Program-made: the position numbers and the translations under genes
The notes under the pieces: generated by a model
Database searches by the model: none
The model's input: only the letters and a program-made list of their open reading frames with translations
Told to the model about the DNA's origin: nothing
Source of the DNA: Geobacter metallireducens GS-15
Lineage (GTDB): Bacteria > Desulfobacterota > Desulfuromonadia > Geobacterales > Geobacteraceae
Assembly: GCF_000012925.1 (NCBI RefSeq)
Contig: NC_007517.1
Coordinates: forward strand, 1,920,001-1,952,000
Length of the DNA stretch: 32,000 bases
Direction: 5' to 3'
Shown here: piece by piece, positions 20,141 through 28,298 of the stretch
Numbering within the stretch: position 1 is the first letter of the stretch
Layout: every line of letters begins with the position of its first letter

Positions 20141-20165
20141 AAAAACCCCGCGCCAGAGCGCGGGG
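20141..20165 (-). terminator. Intrinsic terminator inside the 5' leader of the icmF operon (putative attenuator)
   Basis: Minus-strand RNA: CCCCGCGC-UCUG-GCGCGGGG (20165-20146) followed by UUUUU (20145-20141). It lies downstream of the predicted promoter and 46-70 nt upstream of the first start codon. Confidence 0.55.
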
Positions 20166-20254
20166 GTGGACAGCCTAGTGATCCGAAGCCTTAGCTATGC
20201 CGAGGCCGGTAATCTTGCCACGAAACGAGCAGATTTATTTCTGAATTTTTTTGA

Positions 20255-20283
20255 AACATACATCCGCTTTACGTTCATGTCAA
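20255..20283 (-). promoter_or_regulatory. Predicted sigma70 promoter of the icmF operon
   Basis: Minus-strand reading: TTGACA (20283-20278), a 17-nt spacer TGAACGTAAAGCGGATG, then TATGTT (20260-20255), with an AT-rich upstream tract. It is a paralogue of the thiolase promoter block. Confidence 0.5.
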
Positions 20284-20434
20284 CATTATTTAAAACACTT
20301 TTATATAATCACATGAAGTGGCTTGAGTGCGCGGTTTGTACGGTAATATGTATATTAGTCGGATTCGCGGGAATTGACAGGCAGGGGTAATTGGCGTATT
20401 GAATGGTTAATAATTCACGTAAAGGGGAGAAACT

Positions 20435-20839
20435 ATGGCTCCCGAACAAGAAGCCGAGCAGTTGATTACGATTGGTGAAGTGGCAAGAATGCTGGATTTG
20501 ACCACCAGGACCCTCAGGTACTGGGAGGAGATGGGGGTCGTCGAGGCCTCACACCGTTCTGAGGGAGGAAACCGTCTCTATACGCCGTACATGGTCCGAC
20601 GGATGAAGTTCATCATCAAGCTCAAGGAGTTAGGCCTGACGATCAAGGAGATGCAGGAACTCGGCGCGGCGTACGGCGAGGCAAGGAAGACGGAAAACAT
20701 GATACCGCGCCTGGTCGAAATACTGGACAGTCATATCAACAAGGTCGATGAAAAGATGGCGAATCTTGCTTCCCTTCGTAAGGATATTGTTGATTATCGT
20801 CATCGTATGATCGAGAAGTTCAATTTTAGCAAAAAATGA
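20435..20839 (+). CDS. MerR-family transcriptional regulator, small (134 aa), LiuR-like by size and genomic context
   Basis: The N-terminal winged HTH is ITIGEVARMLDLTTRTLRYWEEMGVV…GGNRLY, followed by a coiled-coil dimerisation helix. There is no extra effector domain. GGGGAG RBS. It is divergent from the icmF operon. Confidence 0.9.
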   Translation: MAPEQEAEQLITIGEVARMLDLTTRTLRYWEEMGVVEASHRSEGGNRLYTPYMVRRMKFIIKLKELGLTIKEMQELGAAYGEARKTENMIPRLVEILDSHINKVDEKMANLASLRKDIVDYRHRMIEKFNFSKK

Positions 20840-20981
20840 CCTCTTGCGGCATAGTCCTTAATGTACTCCTTGAAAGTCTTGCGAACCAGGGTGGTATGAA
20901 CACTCTCGCCATGTTCTGCACCTCCATCCAAACGTTTCGTCGCGATGAATCTACAGGTTATCGTGTCGACCCGGGGTGTTC

Positions 20982-21449
20982 ATGAAGATATGGATTGATG
21001 CGGATGCATGCCCGAGGGTTATCAAGGAGATCGTTTTCAGGGCATCGGAACGGCTCAGGATTCCAGTCTGTCTGGTGGCCAACAAGAATCTCGCCAAGCA
21101 CGCAACACACCTGGTCGAATCCATTGTTGTTGGGGAGGGGTTCGATGTTGCCGACGACTACATAGCAGATCATGCTGCCCCCGAAGACCTGGTGATTACC
21201 GCGGACATACCGCTGGCTGCCCGAATCGTCGCCATCGGAGGAGTAGCATTGGATCCCCGGGGGGAACTCTACACCGAGGAGAACGTGGGAGAGCGGCTCT
21301 CCATGCGGGATCTGATGATGGAACTTCGGGAGGGAGGCCTTGTGCAAGGGGGGCCTTCCCAGTTCAGCCTGACTGACCGCCAACGGTTTGCTTCATCTCT
21401 TGATCGCCTGCTTACCCGGCTGATCAGAGAGATGCGGCCAGTATCATAG
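20982..21449 (+). CDS. yaiI: YaiI/YqxD family protein (UPF0178/DUF188)
   Basis: Starts [25 protein letters not shown]…, with …ADDYIA…[12 protein letters not shown]…, typical of UPF0178. I chose the start at the ATG at 20982 rather than the GTG at 20976. Confidence 0.85.
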   Translation: MKIWIDADACPRVIKEIVFRASERLRIPVCLVANKNLAKHATHLVESIVVGEGFDVADDYIADHAAPEDLVITADIPLAARIVAIGGVALDPRGELYTEENVGERLSMRDLMMELREGGLVQGGPSQFSLTDRQRFASSLDRLLTRLIREMRPVS

Positions 21450-21466
21450 AGAGGCATCTTTTCCCA

Positions 21467-22012
21467 ATGGCACTGCCATCGACAATCTACAAAACGTCCA
21501 TTCAGCTTTCGGACATTGACCGCGGCGTTTATGAATCACTGCAGGCAACGGTTGCCAAGCACCCGTCGGAGACCGACGAGCGGCTAGTGGCGAGATTGCT
21601 GGCGTGGGCCATCTTCCACGAACCGGAGTTGAGTTTCACGAGGGGGCTCTGTGTGGGTGAGGAGCCGGATCTCTGGGTGAAAGGGCCCGATGGGCGGGTC
21701 CGCTTCTGGGTCGAGGTGGGGCTACCGGAATCCGACCGCATCATCAAGGCGAGCCGCCACGCGGAAAAGGTAGCTCTGCTTGCGTGCGGCAGGGCGCTTG
21801 CCAACTGGGACCAGCAGCACCTTCCCCGGTTGACGGGGCTTCCCAACCTTACGGTTGTCAGCCTGGATCAGGCGTTCATCACTACACTGGCAGCGCGGCT
21901 GGAACGCTCGATCACCTGGTCAGTGACCATCACCGAGGGAACGGTGTATCTGGAAGTTGACGGCGTTACCCACGAAACCGGCATCCGGATCAAAACAGGG
22001 GTCTTACTGTAG
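21467..22012 (+). CDS. yaeQ: YaeQ family protein (variant PD-(D/E)XK fold)
   Basis: 181 aa starting MALPSTIYKTSIQLSDIDRGVYESL…HPSETDERLVARLLAWA…PDLW…WVEVG…, matching the YaeQ family pattern. Confidence 0.85.
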   Translation: MALPSTIYKTSIQLSDIDRGVYESLQATVAKHPSETDERLVARLLAWAIFHEPELSFTRGLCVGEEPDLWVKGPDGRVRFWVEVGLPESDRIIKASRHAEKVALLACGRALANWDQQHLPRLTGLPNLTVVSLDQAFITTLAARLERSITWSVTITEGTVYLEVDGVTHETGIRIKTGVLL

Positions 22013-22038
22013 GGTAGTCGTCTGAGAAAGAGGATTCC

Positions 22039-22989
22039 ATGAATCACATAATGCTCGGTACCACCAATATCTCGATCTTTCCGCTCGTGTTTGGCACGCT
22101 TCCCCTGGGCCCTCTCCAGGCTGGGCTCTCCCCGTCTGAAGGGGGCCGCCTCATCCGCCATGCCCTGGAGCACGGGGTTACCATGATCGACACCGCGACG
22201 CTCTACGATACCTATCCCCATGTGCGGGAAGGAATCGCTGGCTGGCAGGGGGACGTCACGATCGTCACCAAGACTCACGCCAACGACGGACCCACGGCTA
22301 GGGCCCATGTGGAGAAGGGGCTGCGGGAGTTGGGGCGGGAGCGGCTCGACATCGTCCACCTCCATGGCGCCCGGGTGGCCGATCCGTTTAGCGACAGGGC
22401 CGACGTGCTGGCGGAACTGCTGCGGATGAAGGATGAGGGGAAGATCGGTCATGTGGGGCTTTCCTCCCACTACATCTGTGCCATTCTAAAGGCGGCTGAC
22501 CATCCGGAGATTGAGGTGGTCCATCCTCTCATCAACCGGACCGGCATGGGAATCCTCGACGGCAGCGCGGCGGAGATGGCGGAGGCCATTGCCGCGTGCG
22601 CCAGGGCAGGGAAGGGGGTCTACGCCATGAAGGCGCTGGCGGGAGGGAACCTGATTGCCGAGGCTCGCGCAAGCCTCGCGTACGTGCGGGGTCTTGAAGG
22701 GGTCCACGGGGTGGCCATCGGCATGCTCTCCGAGGCGGAGGTGGAGGCGAACATCGCCCTCTTTTCCGGCAACGCCCCCGAGGACGAAGTATGGCGGCAG
22801 CTCGAAAGCCGCCGCCGGAAGCTGCGGATCATGGAAAACTTCTGCAAGGGGTGCGGCGGGTGCGTCGAGGCCTGTGCCAGCGGCGCACTCACGGTGGTCA
22901 ACGGCAAAGCGGTCCTCGACGAAGCCGCCTGCATTCTCTGCGGTTACTGCGCCGCTTCCTGTCCCGAATTCATCATCCGGGTGGTCTGA
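22039..22989 (+). CDS. Aldo/keto reductase fused to a C-terminal 2x[4Fe-4S] ferredoxin domain
   Basis: 316 aa. The AKR-like N-terminal part includes …IDTATLYDTY…IVTK…LDIVHLHG…. The C-terminus carries CKGCGGCVEAC and CILCGYCAASCP. Confidence 0.85.
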   Translation: MNHIMLGTTNISIFPLVFGTLPLGPLQAGLSPSEGGRLIRHALEHGVTMIDTATLYDTYPHVREGIAGWQGDVTIVTKTHANDGPTARAHVEKGLRELGRERLDIVHLHGARVADPFSDRADVLAELLRMKDEGKIGHVGLSSHYICAILKAADHPEIEVVHPLINRTGMGILDGSAAEMAEAIAACARAGKGVYAMKALAGGNLIAEARASLAYVRGLEGVHGVAIGMLSEAEVEANIALFSGNAPEDEVWRQLESRRRKLRIMENFCKGCGGCVEACASGALTVVNGKAVLDEAACILCGYCAASCPEFIIRVV

Positions 22990-23039
22990 CAGTCGCCTCG
23001 TTTGCTCATGTCTGTCCGGTCCTTGCTGGTGCGCGGCGG

Positions 23040-26018
23040 TTATGCTGACGGGAAATTCCGCGTCAGGTGGAGCCGTATCATATCCTCGAACTCCGCCTCC
23101 CGGTCACCCTTGTAGACCATTGACGATCCGATCTCGGCGGCGAGAATGGCCGAGAGGTACTTCTGGGGAAGCCGGGCAAGGCGCCGGCGGAACCGGGGCT
23201 CATCGGCGATGATCCTCGGCAGGTGCGTCAGTACCGCACGGCGGAAGAGGGGCTGGAGCGCGAGCCCGGGGCGCCCCTGGAAGAATCTGAAGAGACGCGC
23301 GTAGTTGGCATTGATCTCGGTGCTGAGTGAATCGGATATCTCTGTGCAGAGAAGCCCCGGCTGCTCGCGGCGGCGCCTGAGGATGAGCCGCGCCTCGTCG
23401 CCGGCACGCTTTTCAAGGATCTGGAGCACATCGGCTACGTAGCGCTCCTTGTGCTCCAGAAACTCCTTCTCCGAGAGGAGCAGGTTGGCGATGATTTCGT
23501 AGGAGGAGGAGATGACGCCGCACTTGTTGGCCGAGGCGTCGCGCATGACGATGATCCCCTTCTTCTGGAGCTCGATCCGGGCCGCCGGGGTGATGAAGGA
23601 GTTGGCCCCCTCCACGATGGCCCGGGCTGAAGGTGTTCCATCGGGGAGTAAGAAGCGCTCCCAGTTGTCCTTGTCAATGGTCTCGGGACGGCCGCCGGCA
23701 GGGATGAAAAGATCAGCCGGGACCGTGAAGACCAGATCCCCGTACTCCTTGGAGAACTCATCCAGGGAGATCCACTCCTCAACCACCCCCCCGTCGGTTT
23801 TCGTCACCCGGCGAAAAAGTTCCCTCAGCCCTTCGCGGCGGCTTCCGGTCCGGAAAAGCATGAACCCGCCGGAATGAAGCGCCGCCGGGTCGAAGCCGTC
23901 CAGATCCTGCTTCAGGAGGATGCGCCCCAACTCCCCGTGATCGGCGCCTGCCGGATCGCAGACCGCTGCGGTGCCGTCAAGGATGAGGGCGATGTTCACC
24001 TTCGGCGAGCGCTTCAGAAGAATCCGCAGGGCATTGCCGGCCACGTCGCCGTTGGGTCCACCGGTGAGCTTGAGGGTGAACGGGTCTTTGCGGATGTCGA
24101 TCCCCAGCTCCTTCATGGTAATCTCGGCGAACTTCACGACCCCCGTGGAGGTGACCCCGTATTCCTTGTGGTTGATCCCCACCTTCTTGCTCGACATGAT
24201 ACCGATGCCGAGCATGTAGCCCCGCCGCTTCGACATGGCGGCGATGGTCTCGATCATGGTGTCGTGCATGTTCTCGTCGGGTCCCAGTTCGATCGGCTCG
24301 TCCTCCCGGTAGTAGTCCACCACGGCCGGATGTTTCGCCACCCCGTTTTCGGTGGTGAAGATGTCGAGGAAGGCGCCGGTGATGCCGAACTGGAGCTTGT
24401 AGAGCCGCCAGGTCTCCACCTCCCGTTCCCGTTCACGCTCCCGCATCAGGTCCGAGGCGTCCAGGAGCGTCACCAGTTTCGATCCCCCCTCGTAGATGTC
24501 CTTGTTCTTCAGGTGCTGGGTGTGGGCCAGGACAAAATTCTCGCGGAAAAGGGTGTTGGCGTTGGTGACGAGATCGTCGGCGGTGCGGCAGATGACGGTG
24601 CGCCAGCCGCCCCGGGCGATGTCGGAGAAGCCGATGTGGTAACCGAAGCCGTAGCGGCTGTAGAAGAAGGTGATCCGGAACGGCATGGCCGGCGGCAGAT
24701 CGGCGGTGAAGTCGGTACCAAGCTCGGCAAGGTAGGCCGGGTCGAGCCGGAAAGCCAAGGCCTGCTTCTCCCGTACGAAAAAGTTTGTCTTCAGGGTGTG
24801 GGTTATGAAGGCAAGGCAGCAACGGAAGATGGTTCGCCGCACCTCGTCCAGGTAGCGGTGGCCGGAGTTGTATTCCGTCACCTCGCGCCGGGTATCGGCG
24901 AGGATTTTCTCGTGGTCGGCGTCCCGCTCCTCCACGGCCGGATCGAAGCGGGAGCGGAAGAGCCCGGCCAACTGGAGCGCGATTTCCGGGTGCGCCAGGA
25001 ACGCGTCGCGCACATCGTCGAGACCGAAACGGTCGGGCTGGTTGTGGGCCAGGTTCGAGTGGCAGAAGGCAATGAAGGCGTTGGTAAGGGTAGCGTCCTC
25101 GCCGCTCATGAGGCCGGTGGTGACGAACTCCCGATAGGCGTGGGAGCGGGTTGCCAGGAGCTGGGTGTTGGAGAGTTCCCCTTCGAGCCGGCTGAAGGCC
25201 TCCGATCCCCTGGCGAGCACGCCGCCGTCGCGGCGTCGCACGTAAAAAGTGCCGAGGAAGTAAGGGTGAACGCCGTTGCTGATGGTGAGGCAGTAGGCAC
25301 GGTTCACGCCGAGTTCGAGGCGGTTGAAGACCTCCATTATCTGGAGGAGGAAGTCTTTCTGGGGCGGGTTCCCCACCGCGAAGAAGACCCGCGATTCATG
25401 GCTGGCGCCACTCTCCATCTCTTCCACGTCCAGGTAGAGGCCGCCGCGACGGTTTCCCTCCTGGTAGAGGCGAAGCGCCTGGGCCACCCGGCGCGGGGGC
25501 GAGATTCGGACGTAGTTCTGATTGTTAAGCCAGAGGATGCGGAGCAGACGGTCGAAATCGGCCATGTCGAAGTCGGGGTAGTACTTGCGCAACGCCGCAG
25601 CCACCGTTCGCCTGATGCCGATCGGTGTCTCCCCGTCCTTGCCGGCGAGGATCTCCTCGTTGCTCCTGCGGTCAAACTCGAAGCGCTGGATCTCCAGGTT
25701 CTGGTCCAAACCCGGGATCGGATCGTCCGAGTGGGCGATCATGGTGTAGGATATCTCCCGCTCATGGATGTGGCGCAGGGTATCGTAGAGAGTGCCGGGC
25801 TGGTTGACAATCGCCAGGATAAGGGCCTTTTCCCGGTCGGCCAGGATAAGCCGCCGGTTGTGCCGCAGCGTCCCGAGCTCTCGGGTCAATAGTCCCAGGG
25901 CCTCCGGTTCGTCCTTCATGGCAATGAAGAAGTAGGGGTTCAGTTGTTCCCGAAGCCAGAGGCGGTTTTCTGCCCGCTCCGCACTCTGGGGTTTTGAGGC
26001 TGCCGATGCCGCGGTCAT
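23040..26018 (-). CDS. NAD-specific glutamate dehydrogenase, large form (about 110-115 kDa class)
   Basis: 992 aa. The central catalytic and dinucleotide-binding region is …FGYHIGFSDIARGGWRTV…KDIYEGGSKL…KLTGGPNGDVAGN…, characteristic of the Bac_GDH-type large GDHs. GGAAGGAG RBS. Confidence 0.8.
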   Translation of the reverse strand: MTAASAASKPQSAERAENRLWLREQLNPYFFIAMKDEPEALGLLTRELGTLRHNRRLILADREKALILAIVNQPGTLYDTLRHIHEREISYTMIAHSDDPIPGLDQNLEIQRFEFDRRSNEEILAGKDGETPIGIRRTVAAALRKYYPDFDMADFDRLLRILWLNNQNYVRISPPRRVAQALRLYQEGNRRGGLYLDVEEMESGASHESRVFFAVGNPPQKDFLLQIMEVFNRLELGVNRAYCLTISNGVHPYFLGTFYVRRRDGGVLARGSEAFSRLEGELSNTQLLATRSHAYREFVTTGLMSGEDATLTNAFIAFCHSNLAHNQPDRFGLDDVRDAFLAHPEIALQLAGLFRSRFDPAVEERDADHEKILADTRREVTEYNSGHRYLDEVRRTIFRCCLAFITHTLKTNFFVREKQALAFRLDPAYLAELGTDFTADLPPAMPFRITFFYSRYGFGYHIGFSDIARGGWRTVICRTADDLVTNANTLFRENFVLAHTQHLKNKDIYEGGSKLVTLLDASDLMREREREREVETWRLYKLQFGITGAFLDIFTTENGVAKHPAVVDYYREDEPIELGPDENMHDTMIETIAAMSKRRGYMLGIGIMSSKKVGINHKEYGVTSTGVVKFAEITMKELGIDIRKDPFTLKLTGGPNGDVAGNALRILLKRSPKVNIALILDGTAAVCDPAGADHGELGRILLKQDLDGFDPAALHSGGFMLFRTGSRREGLRELFRRVTKTDGGVVEEWISLDEFSKEYGDLVFTVPADLFIPAGGRPETIDKDNWERFLLPDGTPSARAIVEGANSFITPAARIELQKKGIIVMRDASANKCGVISSSYEIIANLLLSEKEFLEHKERYVADVLQILEKRAGDEARLILRRRREQPGLLCTEISDSLSTEINANYARLFRFFQGRPGLALQPLFRRAVLTHLPRIIADEPRFRRRLARLPQKYLSAILAAEIGSSMVYKGDREAEFEDMIRLHLTRNFPSA

Positions 26019-26170
26019 GGTTTCGAACTCCTTCCGTTGTTCGTCGGTAGCGCCCGTAGTGAGCGCAGCCGCATGGTATCAGTATACATGGTTTCAGGGG
26101 AAGAGGCATTCGCGGGACAGCTTCGAGCGTCGGGATCGGAATTTCAGGAAGGATGAAGGGACGGTGAAAA

Positions 26171-26199
26171 GGGAAAGGCCGCAAAATGCGGCCTTTCCC
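26171..26199 (-). terminator. Rho-independent terminator after the ato / small-ORF unit
   Basis: A perfect 12-bp stem GGGAAAGGCCGC (26171-26182) / GCGGCCTTTCCC (26188-26199) with a 5-nt loop. On the minus strand it is followed by UUUUC. Confidence 0.8.
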
Positions 26200-26225
26200 T
26201 TGTTGCGCAGAATGTCGGCCGAATC

Positions 26226-26450
26226 TCAGATGGCCGAATTGTGTTCATTTACCTCATAGGGGTCGTATGGCGCCTTGTTGTCATTGGCGACATGGGACGC
26301 TGCCGTCTGGTGCATCAGTTGATGCAGGGCGGCAATGGCCTGGGATATGTTCTGTCCCACCCTTGCGTCATGATTGAGCGCATAGGCCTTTTCCATGGCC
26401 TGCAGCGCCGTTCCGAGGTAATACCTCGGCAGTTGGTCGGAATCACGCAT
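26226..26450 (-). CDS. Hypothetical small protein (74 aa)
   Basis: AAGGGAGG RBS 7 nt upstream of the ATG. It lies 48 nt downstream of the CoA-transferase gene and directly upstream of a strong terminator. I recognised no family. Confidence 0.55.
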   Translation of the reverse strand: MRDSDQLPRYYLGTALQAMEKAYALNHDARVGQNISQAIAALHQLMHQTAASHVANDNKAPYDPYEVNEHNSAI

Positions 26451-26498
26451 GTCGTTGCCTCCCTTTCCGTTTCGGCATCCCTGTGGGCCGATACAGGT

Positions 26499-28061
26499 TC
26501 AGATATCCCAGTTTGCGATCTTCATGGTGCCGTTCTTGGCCAGGTTCACCTGCATCTTGAAGACCCGGTCAAGGAGTTGCGGTTCGTGGCCGGCTTTGCG
26601 GGCCAAACACTCTTTCGTCGCGATTTCGAGGTACTCACGGAGCAGCGGCTTGTAGTCCGGGTGGGCGCACTTGTCGATGATGAGCTTGGCGCGGCTTTTC
26701 GGATCGAGTCCCCTCAGGTCGGCAAGCCCCTGCTCCGTGACTAGCACGTCGAGGTCGTGCTCGGTGTGGTCAACGTGCGGCACGTGCGGCACCACGCAGG
26801 TGATGCCGGTCGGGTCGGTCTTGCTGGGGCGGGCCGACGGCGTGTGCATGATGGAGAGATAGGCGTTGCGCAGGAAGTCGCCGGAGCCGCCGATGCCGTT
26901 AATCATCCGGGTTCCCCCCACGAGGGTGGAGTTGGCGTGGGCGTAGATGTCGAATTCCACGGGGGTGTTCATGGCGATGCAACCCAGGCGCCGGATCGGC
27001 TCGGGGTGGTTGGCGACGGAGAGGGGACGCATGATCACCTTGTTGCTGTACTTCTCCCAGTTGCCGTAGAAGCGCTTAAAGCCATCGACCGAGAAGGAGA
27101 GGGAGACCGTGGAGGCAAAATCCAGTTTCCCCGAATCGAAGAGGTCGAGCATGGTGTCCTGCAGCACTTCGGTCCAGACCTTGAGACCCGAGAACGGTCC
27201 CTTGGCCAAGCCACCGATGACGGCGTTGGCGATGGAACCCACGCCAGACTGGAGCGGCAGGAGGTTCTTCGGCAGGCGGCCTTCCTTTACCTCGAACTGG
27301 AAGAAGTCGAGGATGTTGTTGGCGATGGCCGCGGAGGTGTCGTCTTGCTCGCTGAAGGCACGACCGTTGTCGGGGTGCTGCGATTCGACGATGGCGACGA
27401 TTTTGTCGGTGTCGATCCGGACATAGGGCGAGCCGGCACGGTCGTCAACCCGGCTGAGGAGGTAGGGGAGGCGGTTGGGGGGATTGACCGGGTCGATGAT
27501 GTCGTGGAGCCCTTCGTAGTTCGGGATGGCGGTGTTGATCTCGATAATGAGCCGGTCGGCAATCTGCACGATCTCCGGCACGGCGCCGCAGGAGGCGGTC
27601 AGGACGAGGCCGCCGTCCTCGGTGATGGCGGAACATTCGATGATGCCGATGTCGAGACGGCCGCCATTGTCCTTGGTGTAGAAGCCGTAGCCCAAGTCTT
27701 GGGCGAACATGGAGAGGTGCTTGTCCCCCATGCGGATGCGCCCTTCGTTGATGCCGGCCTGGATGTTTTTGCCGGTCTGGTAGGGCCAGCGGCGGTCGAT
27801 CATGTCAAGGGATGCCCAGCGGTCTTCGGTCTCGACGCCGACGGAGGCGCCGATGAAGAGGTTGAATCTCATCTTCCCCTGGAGCTGGTTCTTCTCCACG
27901 TAATCCGCAAGGGCGATGGGTATTGCTTTCGGGTAGCCGGCAGGGGTGAAGCCTGACCAGCCGAGATTCATCCCGTGCTTGAACAGGGGAATGACCTCTT
28001 CGACCTTCCTGATTCTGTCGTGCAGACTCTTTCTTCTTATCCTGTTGAGCAATTCAGACAT
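26499..28061 (-). CDS. Acetyl-CoA hydrolase/transferase family enzyme (succinyl-CoA:acetate CoA-transferase type, Cat1/AarC/Ato-like)
   Basis: 520 aa (…GWSGFTPAGYPKAIP…FIGASVG…, …INGIGGSGDFLRNA…), typical of this family. GAAGGAGGA RBS. Confidence 0.88.
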   Translation of the reverse strand: MSELLNRIRRKSLHDRIRKVEEVIPLFKHGMNLGWSGFTPAGYPKAIPIALADYVEKNQLQGKMRFNLFIGASVGVETEDRWASLDMIDRRWPYQTGKNIQAGINEGRIRMGDKHLSMFAQDLGYGFYTKDNGGRLDIGIIECSAITEDGGLVLTASCGAVPEIVQIADRLIIEINTAIPNYEGLHDIIDPVNPPNRLPYLLSRVDDRAGSPYVRIDTDKIVAIVESQHPDNGRAFSEQDDTSAAIANNILDFFQFEVKEGRLPKNLLPLQSGVGSIANAVIGGLAKGPFSGLKVWTEVLQDTMLDLFDSGKLDFASTVSLSFSVDGFKRFYGNWEKYSNKVIMRPLSVANHPEPIRRLGCIAMNTPVEFDIYAHANSTLVGGTRMINGIGGSGDFLRNAYLSIMHTPSARPSKTDPTGITCVVPHVPHVDHTEHDLDVLVTEQGLADLRGLDPKSRAKLIIDKCAHPDYKPLLREYLEIATKECLARKAGHEPQLLDRVFKMQVNLAKNGTMKIANWDI

Positions 28062-28153
28062 CTACTTACATCCTCCTTCTCCTGGATATTGGTGCCTGGC
28101 GTATCAGTGTGAGTGCTGTGCCGGCCCTGAAATCGACAATTGAATGGTTTCGT

Positions 28154-28171
28154 ATCAAACGTTCGTTCGAT
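28154..28171. promoter_or_regulatory. Imperfect 18-bp palindrome in the ato-tetR divergent region (candidate TetR operator)
   Basis: ATCAAACGTTCGTTCGAT is self-complementary at 14 of 18 positions. It lies between two divergent genes, one of which encodes a TetR regulator. Confidence 0.3.
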
Positions 28172-28298
28172 TCCCATCATAACAGACACGACGATTACGG
28201 CGCAATAATTTATGCAGATGTCGTGTCAATTAAATTGGCTTTAGAAAGGGACTTTGCTACTCTTTGCGGCACTCACATCAACACGGGTAGGGAGTGAA

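Noticed and set aside
20096-20250. Cobalamin riboswitch upstream of the B12-dependent mutase operon
   Set aside because: It was expected on biological grounds. However, the leader is only about 150 nt and lacks the B12-box-type conserved core. I therefore report it only as an unclassified attenuator.
20130-20390. 86-aa plus-strand ORF in the icmF-merR intergenic region
   Set aside because: It has no RBS and an odd hydrophobic, low-complexity sequence. It overlaps the predicted promoter and the terminator-containing leader on the other strand.
20840-20975. Lower-GC spacer between merR and yaiI whose minus strand reads as a protein-like fragment (…GAEHGESVHTTLVRKTFKEYIKDYAARG…)
   Set aside because: It has no start codon or RBS in that frame, it runs into the 3' end of merR, and it is too short to assign. 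It may be a gene remnant, but the evidence is insufficient.
21468-21484. TGGCAC motif resembling a sigma54 -24 element
   Set aside because: It lies within the first codons of yaeQ (ATGGCACTGCCATCG), and the expected TTGC -12 element at the correct spacing is absent.
23874-25892. 672-aa plus-strand ORF
   Set aside because: It is an antisense shadow of the NAD-glutamate dehydrogenase gene with a low-complexity composition. No family is recognisable.
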